Below, in pieces: positions 45,038 to 50,130 of a stretch of 50,130 nt of DNA. A model generated the notes under the pieces. It saw only the letters and a program-made list of their open reading frames with translations, had not been told where the DNA came from and searched no databases. Source of the stretch: an uncultured Ruminococcus sp. (GTDB lineage: Bacteria; Bacillota; Clostridia; UBA1381); NCBI GenBank assembly GCA_902783115.1, contig CACZPW010000225.1:1-50130 (forward strand), read 5' to 3'. How positions within the stretch are numbered: the first letter of the stretch is position 1; every line of letters starts with the position of its first letter. The position numbers were made by a program, and so were the translations under genes.

Positions 45038-46054
45038 ATGATGAACGAGCCGATTTTTTTTGAGAGAAACAGGGTACGGCGTGTGTACACCGGTGGCAGG
45101 CTTTTTGGCGATTTTTTTGGTGATGAGCCTGTGGACGGTTTTATGCCGGAGGAATGGATAGCCTCGTCCGTAGAGGCGATCAACAGGGAAAAGACAAGCG
45201 AAAAAGAGGGTGTTTCCATTGTAAAGGGCAGCGGCATATACTTTGACGAGCTTTTGGAAAAGTATCCCCTTGAAATGCTTGGCAGCAGACAAAAAATGCG
45301 TGTGCTTGTAAAAATATTGGATAGTGCCGTAAGACTTCCCGCACAGGCGCACCCTGATAAGGAGTTTTCAAGAAAATATTTTAATTCGGAGTACGGAAAG
45401 ACAGAGAGTTGGATAATTCTTGATAAAAGGCAGGATGCAAAAATATATTTTGGGTTTAAAGACGGCGTTGACAGAAAACTCTTTTCTGACGCAATAGACG
45501 CAAGTGAAAAAGATAAAAACGCAATGGAAAGACTTATGGAATGTTATGAGCCTCAGATAGGCGATGTCTTTTTAGTCCCCGCCAAAACCGTCCATGCCAT
45601 AGGGGCAGGCTGCCTGATACTGGAGGTTCAGGAACCGACGGATTTTACAATTCAGCCTGAGCATTGGTGTGCAGATTACAGGCTCAGTGATGATGAGATG
45701 TATATCGGGCTTTCGAAAGAGGAAGCAATAGGCTGTTTTAATTTTTGCAAATCGCCCGATACCGGGATCGTCCCCGTAACGGTATATCACAAAGACCGAG
45801 CGAGAGTCGAGAATGTGATAAAGCCGTCAGATACCGGTTGTTTCATCATCAACCGTATTACGCTAAACGGCGGTGAGTACACATTAAGCGTAAATGACAG
45901 CTACGGTGTGTATATTGTAACAGAAGGTACCGGCGAGATTTGCGGCGATGGCTATTCAAAGAAAATACAAAAAGGAGATTACTTTTTTATGCCTGCTTGT
46001 CTTATGGATAGATTTTGTTTAAAAGGCAGTATGAAAGTAACGGAATGTTTTTAA
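45038..46054 (+). CDS. Class-I phosphomannose-isomerase-like cupin (sugar-phosphate or keto-sugar isomerase)
   Basis: VLVKILDSAVRLPAQAHPD, YGKTESWIILD and FLVPAKTVHAIGAGCLILEVQEPTDFT match the type-I PMI metal-site layout (Q/H...E...H). Confidence 0.75.
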   Translation: MMNEPIFFERNRVRRVYTGGRLFGDFFGDEPVDGFMPEEWIASSVEAINREKTSEKEGVSIVKGSGIYFDELLEKYPLEMLGSRQKMRVLVKILDSAVRLPAQAHPDKEFSRKYFNSEYGKTESWIILDKRQDAKIYFGFKDGVDRKLFSDAIDASEKDKNAMERLMECYEPQIGDVFLVPAKTVHAIGAGCLILEVQEPTDFTIQPEHWCADYRLSDDEMYIGLSKEEAIGCFNFCKSPDTGIVPVTVYHKDRARVENVIKPSDTGCFIINRITLNGGEYTLSVNDSYGVYIVTEGTGEICGDGYSKKIQKGDYFFMPACLMDRFCLKGSMKVTECF

Positions 46055-46104
46055 TTTAAACAAATGCAAGTATCATATTGAATAAAAACGGAGTTATTAA
46101 AGAT

Positions 46105-47193
46105 ATGGAATCAGCGACAAATTCATCTTTGATGCGTAAGAATAATGAAAAAATTATTCTTGCAATGATCAACAAAGAGCCTGTTTCAAGAGCAGATATC
46201 GCAAAGAGAACAGGACTTACAAAAGCTGCGGTTACTATTATAGTTGATGATTTAAAGCGGCGCGATATTGTGACCGAGAAAAACGGTAAATCTGATACTG
46301 TAGGGAGAAATCCTGTGATGCTGTATTTGAATAAGGGAGCTTTTTATATCGCAGGTATAAATATCACAAGGCGTGATATTACCTTCGGCATAACTGACTT
46401 GGGCGGGAATATAACAGCGCAGAAAAACATTGAAATTTGTCCCCCCGAAAAAGCATTTACAGAAATAATAAAAGGGTTTGAAGAACAGATCGCAAGAATG
46501 GGTATGGATATTTCTAAAATATATAAGATGTCCGTCGTAGCTCCGGGACCTGTGGATCTTCTAAACGGTGTGATTTTAAATCCGCCAAATTTTAATGAGT
46601 GGCACGGTGTGCCGATAGTGAAAGAGCTTGAAAGCCGTACAGGACTTAAGGTTATTTTGGAAAATGTATCCTCTGCGATCGCCATAGCCGAAAAATATTT
46701 CGGGGCGGCGAAGAACACCGCTGATTTTTTGGCATTGCAGGTAGATGAGGGAATAGGTTCGGGGATAGTGATTGGTGATTCCTTATTCAAAGGACCGTGT
46801 GAGATAGGTCATACATCAATTAAATATGACGGAAAAAAATGCGAATGCGGCAATCGAGGCTGTCTGGAAAAATACGCATCAATACCTGCCATACTTGCAG
46901 GTACGGACTATAAAACCTGGAGAGAAGTGATAGAGAACGATGATGAATGCCTTATTGAAAAAGAGGCGCAATATTTAAGCACAGCGATAATATCGGCAAA
47001 TAATATTTTTAAGCTTGATAAGATAGTAATATGCGGAGATTTAGCATACAAACCCGAAAAAATAACAGAGTTTGTTTTGAAAAGACTGAAAAAACATATT
47101 TTTTTCAAAAACAAATTTGATATATGTGCCGGAAAGGTCGATTCAAAACTGAAATTTGCCGCTGCGCTTGCCATAAATGATTTTTTTGTATAA
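46105..47193 (+). CDS. ROK-family transcriptional regulator (N-terminal wHTH plus a sugar-kinase-like sensor domain)
   Basis: The wHTH is NNEKIILAMINKEPVSRADIAKRTGLTKAAVTIIVDDLKRRDIV. The ROK Zn motif is GHTSIKYDGKKCECGNRGCLEKY. I prefer the ATG at 46105 (GGAG upstream) over the track TTG at 46078. Confidence 0.85.
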   Translation: MESATNSSLMRKNNEKIILAMINKEPVSRADIAKRTGLTKAAVTIIVDDLKRRDIVTEKNGKSDTVGRNPVMLYLNKGAFYIAGINITRRDITFGITDLGGNITAQKNIEICPPEKAFTEIIKGFEEQIARMGMDISKIYKMSVVAPGPVDLLNGVILNPPNFNEWHGVPIVKELESRTGLKVILENVSSAIAIAEKYFGAAKNTADFLALQVDEGIGSGIVIGDSLFKGPCEIGHTSIKYDGKKCECGNRGCLEKYASIPAILAGTDYKTWREVIENDDECLIEKEAQYLSTAIISANNIFKLDKIVICGDLAYKPEKITEFVLKRLKKHIFFKNKFDICAGKVDSKLKFAAALAINDFFV

Positions 47194-47198
47194 AAATT

Positions 47199-47489
47199 GT
47201 GATAAAAAATAACTATGTTAATAAGGCAATAAAAAGGATAATTCGAGACTGTAATGATGCAGTGCTGGAAAAAGGTGGAGATGACGCTGTTTTAATTCCG
47301 CCTTTCAGTTGCCAGACATTGAGACACACGTTTGCAACAAGAATGTGTGAAAACAAAGTAAACATCAAGGTTATTCAGGAAGTGCTGGGACATAAAGATT
47401 TTACAACCACTATGGATATATACACAGACGCTACAAAAGACCTCGAACAAAGTGAATTTGACACTCTGAGTGATATGATAGACAATTAA
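47199..47489 (+). pseudogene. Truncated tyrosine recombinase/integrase with only the C-terminal catalytic portion
   Basis: It encodes ...QTLRHTFATRMCENKVNIKVIQEVLGHKDFTTTMDIYTDAT, the R-H..R..Y part of the catalytic domain (LRHTF, LGH, IYT). The N-terminal core-binding domain and first catalytic Arg are absent. It begins 5 nt after the ROK stop with no RBS. Confidence 0.75.
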
Positions 47490-47508
47490 ATAAAAGTCAA
47501 ACAAAAGG

Positions 47509-47537
47509 CTCTCTGCTCCGTTGCAGAGAGTTTTTTT
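47509..47537 (+). terminator. Rho-independent terminator
   Basis: CTCTCTGC (47509-47516), loop tccgtt, GCAGAGAG (47523-47530), then TTTTTTT. Confidence 0.8.
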
Positions 47538-47789
47538 GTTGTGCAGAGATAAAAATTTAGGCGCATCTTCATTTCAAACTGAAAGATTTTTCTGAAATCG
47601 ATAAAATATTTCAGTTTAGTGAAAGATATAACTCAATCTTTAATTATGTGTAAATACACAAAATTTTGGAAAGTAAACAACAACTTTTTGAAATGCCGTA
47701 TATAAAAAAGGAAAAATGTGATTTTTAAGGTTGATTTGGCAGGAATTTTGTGATACCATTCCAAAAACGGCTTCTTATTTTGATTTCGC

Positions 47790-47818
47790 TTGACAAATCA
47801 AAATAAAAGTGTTAAAAT
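47790..47818 (+). promoter_or_regulatory. Sigma-A promoter of the Fic gene, embedded in an inverted repeat
   Basis: TTGACA (47790-47795), a 17-nt spacer, then TAAAAT (47813-47818). The -35 is flanked by ATTTTGATTT...AAATCAAAAT. Confidence 0.65.
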
Positions 47819-47851
47819 AAATATGTAATTTTGATTTCAGGCGGTGCTGAT

Positions 47852-48985
47852 ATGAACAAAGCTGGTGAATATATATCTAATTTAAGTGGAGAGGCTGAAT
47901 ATAAATCATTCAGACCCTCACCATTGCCAATAGAAATAAAAATGGATACCGAAATGATTTCATTGCTCACAAGAGCAACAAAATCATTATCAATGCTTGA
48001 TACACTGTCAAGTTATATTCCAAATATGAATTTATTTGTTTCAATGTATGTAAGAAAAGAAGCACTATTATCTTCACAGATTGAAGGTACACAAGCAACC
48101 TTGGAAGATGTGCTTGATCCAAATGCTCCTCAAAATGCAAACCAAAATGTGGCAGATGTAATCAATTATATAAAGGCAACTGAGTTTGCTATCAAAAGAC
48201 TTAACACCCTCCCGTTATGTAACAGACTTATAAAGGAAACTCATGCAGTTTTAATGGAAAATGTAAGAGGTCAGGAGAAAAATCCGGGTGAGTTCCGTTA
48301 TTCACAAAACTGGATTGGAGGCGCCGGTAGTACGCTTAAAAATGCAAGGTATATTCCTCCAAATCCAAATGATATGGAAAAAGCAATGTCTGATTTGGAG
48401 AAATATATAAATTCGGATGACGAATTGGATTTGCTTATTCAAGCGGCGCTTATACATTATCAGTTTGAAACAATTCATCCATTTTTAGACGGCAACGGGC
48501 GTATAGGAAGACTGCTTATAACACTATTTTTAATGGATAAAAAGAGACTTGGCACACCGGCACTTTATATTTCATGCTATCTGAAGAATAATCGCATCGA
48601 GTATTATGACCGTATGAGCGAAGTGAGAAAAGGCGGAGATTTTGAGCAATGGGTAAAGTTTTTCCTTCGTGCAATAGAAGAATCTTCCGAAGATGCTTGT
48701 GATACAATAAACAAACTGACCGAACTGCATAATCAAAATATTGAAAAAATAAATAAAATGGGTAAAGCATCAAAGACTGCAAAGACCATTTTTGATTACT
48801 TGGAGCAAAATCCGATAATAGATATAAAGAAAACTTCGGAAGAATTATCACTTGCATTCAGTACTGTTTCTGCCGGTGTAAAAAGACTTGAAGAATGTGG
48901 TATTCTTTCAAAAACGGGTAATGTAAACCGAAACAGGGTATTTTCTTATAAAGACTACTTAGATATATTAAGAAAAGACACCTAA
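47852..48985 (+). CDS. Fic/DOC-family protein (AMPylase-type) with a C-terminal wHTH-like domain
   Basis: The Fic motif is HPFLDGNGRIGRLL. The upstream inhibitory-helix-like segment is SSQIEGTQATLEDV. The C-terminus FSTVSAGVKRLEECGILSK is wHTH-like. I prefer the ATG at 47852 to the track TTG at 47831. Confidence 0.85.
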   Translation: MNKAGEYISNLSGEAEYKSFRPSPLPIEIKMDTEMISLLTRATKSLSMLDTLSSYIPNMNLFVSMYVRKEALLSSQIEGTQATLEDVLDPNAPQNANQNVADVINYIKATEFAIKRLNTLPLCNRLIKETHAVLMENVRGQEKNPGEFRYSQNWIGGAGSTLKNARYIPPNPNDMEKAMSDLEKYINSDDELDLLIQAALIHYQFETIHPFLDGNGRIGRLLITLFLMDKKRLGTPALYISCYLKNNRIEYYDRMSEVRKGGDFEQWVKFFLRAIEESSEDACDTINKLTELHNQNIEKINKMGKASKTAKTIFDYLEQNPIIDIKKTSEELSLAFSTVSAGVKRLEECGILSKTGNVNRNRVFSYKDYLDILRKDT

Positions 48986-49239
48986 AAAACAGCAATCGTC
49001 TTGACAAAAAAAGTAAAAAGCGGTACAACAATGACCGTAGAAAGCTGTGCGAAAAGGTGTAGTTCTATATTCTCTGAAATCAAGATTTTAAGGGCGTTTT
49101 AGGTTACTACACCAACTAGTGATGGCTTTAAGGCTGTTATCAAATTTCTTGAAACAATGGTGTCTCTTGGTGACAAATTGGTTGGCCAATTAGGAGTAGC
49201 AGGTACTCTGATTACAGGTCTTGGTATAAATGCCGCACG

Positions 49240-49640
49240 AAAAAATGTCGGTAGGGGTAAAATGTTTCCCCTCGAAAGGTTGCAATTAAATGCCGACGGT
49301 TATAGATTTCTTTGGGGTGCCAAAGTTTTAATATAACACCCAATGAAATACATTAGGCTAAACACTCGATATGGTCTGAAAGACTTATGCTAATAATCGC
49401 ATAACTGAGAAGCGAGCTAAGCCTTTGCTACTCCCCTATTTTGGTGACATTATAGGCTTGTAAAAATGTAAAGGTTCTCGTGGTCAGCAGGGAAGCCACT
49501 TAATAAGTAGAACCCTCACTGTAATGAAATGGGTGTGGATAGCCGTATGAAACGACGGTTATCTGAATAGACATTCGGAACTAAACCGAATATGGCGGTT
49601 GATTATTGGTAGGTTTCTTATCTCCTACCTCCATATATGT
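49240..49640 (+). other. ORF-poor region with a dense series of short perfect hairpins; candidate structured RNA or decayed mobile-element sequence
   Basis: Stops occur in all plus-strand frames from about 49340 to 49620. The hairpins are: GTCGG(49247)/CCGAC(49293) enclosing AGGGG/CCCCT; GGGTG(49315)/CACCC(49337); GGTTCT(49473)/AGAACC(49509) enclosing GTGG/CCAC; GATAGCCGT(49538)/ACGGTTATC(49555); ATTCGG(49573)/CCGAAT(49586); GGTAGG(49608)/CCTACC(49624). I could not assign an RNA family. Confidence 0.3.
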
Positions 49641-49779
49641 TTGATAAGAAGATATAATTTTTGAATGACGGTGTAACTGTCGCTTGTCTATTGCCGTCTG
49701 TGATGCGGTGTGGCCGCTGAGCAGTACGAAAAAAGACAGGGACGATTGGTGTGACCATGAATCTCAATAGACAGTGAGA

Positions 49780-49807
49780 GACTGCGGAGTATTCCGCAGT
49801 CTTTATA
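49780..49807 (+). terminator. Intrinsic terminator-like hairpin just upstream of the 49846 gene
   Basis: GACTGCGGA (49780-49788), loop gtat, TCCGCAGTC (49793-49801), then TTTATAG. The U-tract is short and interrupted. Confidence 0.55.
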
Positions 49808-49845
49808 GTATATACTATTATAATTGAGAAAGGAGTGAAATAACC

Positions 49846-50121
49846 ATGCAAAAATCTAACATTACACATCAAATTGACTGTTCTAAGAAAGATATTATGA
49901 ACATACTTTCCAACTGCATAGTTGAAGTAGATACAGTCATAGAGAAATTAAAGCGGCCGTACTCTCCTGCTTTAAATGAACTCATTTCAGTTTTGTTGGA
50001 ATATCAAAATGAGGATATTTTTATTTGTAATGAGGCAAAAGCCATTAGAGAGTATTTTCAATCCAAGGGCTATACGCAAAAACAAATTAAGGAGTTGGTT
50101 GATTGCCTTATTGATGAGTAG
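49846..50121 (+). CDS. Small hypothetical protein (91 aa), with phage/plasmid-like context
   Basis: AAAGGAG RBS (49829-49835) lies about 10 nt before the ATG. The stop is followed immediately by GTTGATGA, suggesting a coupled downstream start at the window edge. I recognised no motifs. Confidence 0.6.
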   Translation: MQKSNITHQIDCSKKDIMNILSNCIVEVDTVIEKLKRPYSPALNELISVLLEYQNEDIFICNEAKAIREYFQSKGYTQKQIKELVDCLIDE

Positions 50122-50130
50122 AGTTGATGA

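Noticed and set aside
36526-47193. GREs as a microcompartment-associated 1,2-propanediol or choline pathway
   Set aside because: I recognised no BMC shell (PduA/EutM-like), aldehyde dehydrogenase, phosphotransacylase or alcohol dehydrogenase genes in the window. GRE-1 also lacks the Cys-x-Glu loop of those enzymes.
49103-49336. 59-77 aa open frame (...MVSLGDKLVGQLGVAGTLITGLGINAARKNVGRGKMFPLERLQLNADGYRFLWGAKVLI) as a real small membrane-protein gene
   Set aside because: There is no convincing RBS before the only ATG (49157). The frame overlaps a nested hairpin structure, and it looks like the tail of a longer disrupted gene. I kept it as an alternative explanation inside the 49.0-49.8 kb finding rather than calling it a CDS.
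49486-49530. AGGGAAGCC...CACUGUAA string reminiscent of the cobalamin riboswitch core
   Set aside because: There is no GGUGxGAAUCC-type element and no B12 box (AGYCMGGAGACCKGCC). The downstream gene is not related to B12 transport or biosynthesis. The resemblance is too short to support a call.
49538-49563. Hairpin GATAGCCGUAUGAAACGACGGUUAUC resembling group II intron domain V (AGC triad paired with GUU, GAAA loop)
   Set aside because: The stem-loop is about 8 nt too short for domain V and lacks the distal helix and 2-nt bulge. There is no GUGYG 5' end, no domain VI with a bulged A and no reverse-transcriptase ORF in the vicinity.

Overview
This window reads as a low-GC Gram-positive (Clostridia-like) chromosome segment. 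That call rests on SLH cell-wall anchors, GGAGG-type ribosome-binding sites and sigma-A promoters. From about 0.2 to 47.2 kb it is one very large polysaccharide-utilisation locus. (i) A minus-strand pair at 240-7253 encodes a secreted lyase-like multidomain protein and a 1248-aa protein with no signal peptide. (ii) Four giant secreted proteins on the plus strand (7.5-23.1 kb) are built from a recurring two-part CBM-like cassette. Two carry SASA/SGNH-type O-acetylesterase domains and one carries a paralogue of the lyase-like domain. (iii) A membrane-anchored AraC-type sensor/regulator is followed by a CUT1-type ABC importer (two permeases and a lipoprotein binding protein, no ATPase). (iv) Two SLH-anchored surface proteins follow. 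(v) A cytoplasmic module contains two glycyl-radical enzyme (GRE) plus activase pairs bracketing a GH105/GH88-type unsaturated uronyl hydrolase. After it come an FGGY kinase, a class-I phosphomannose-isomerase-like cupin and a ROK regulator. The GRE pairs wired into a glycan-degradation locus are the most unusual feature. No canonical KduI/KduD/KdgK/KdgA-type genes and no microcompartment shell genes were recognised anywhere in the window. From about 47.2 kb the sequence becomes visibly more AT-rich. That part holds a truncated tyrosine-recombinase remnant, a Fic-family gene with a repeated operator-like motif, an ~850-bp ORF-poor hairpin-dense stretch ending in an intrinsic terminator, and a small phage/plasmid-like ORF. 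I found no rRNA, tRNA or CRISPR array. All functional calls come from motif recognition by eye and none has been checked against a database.
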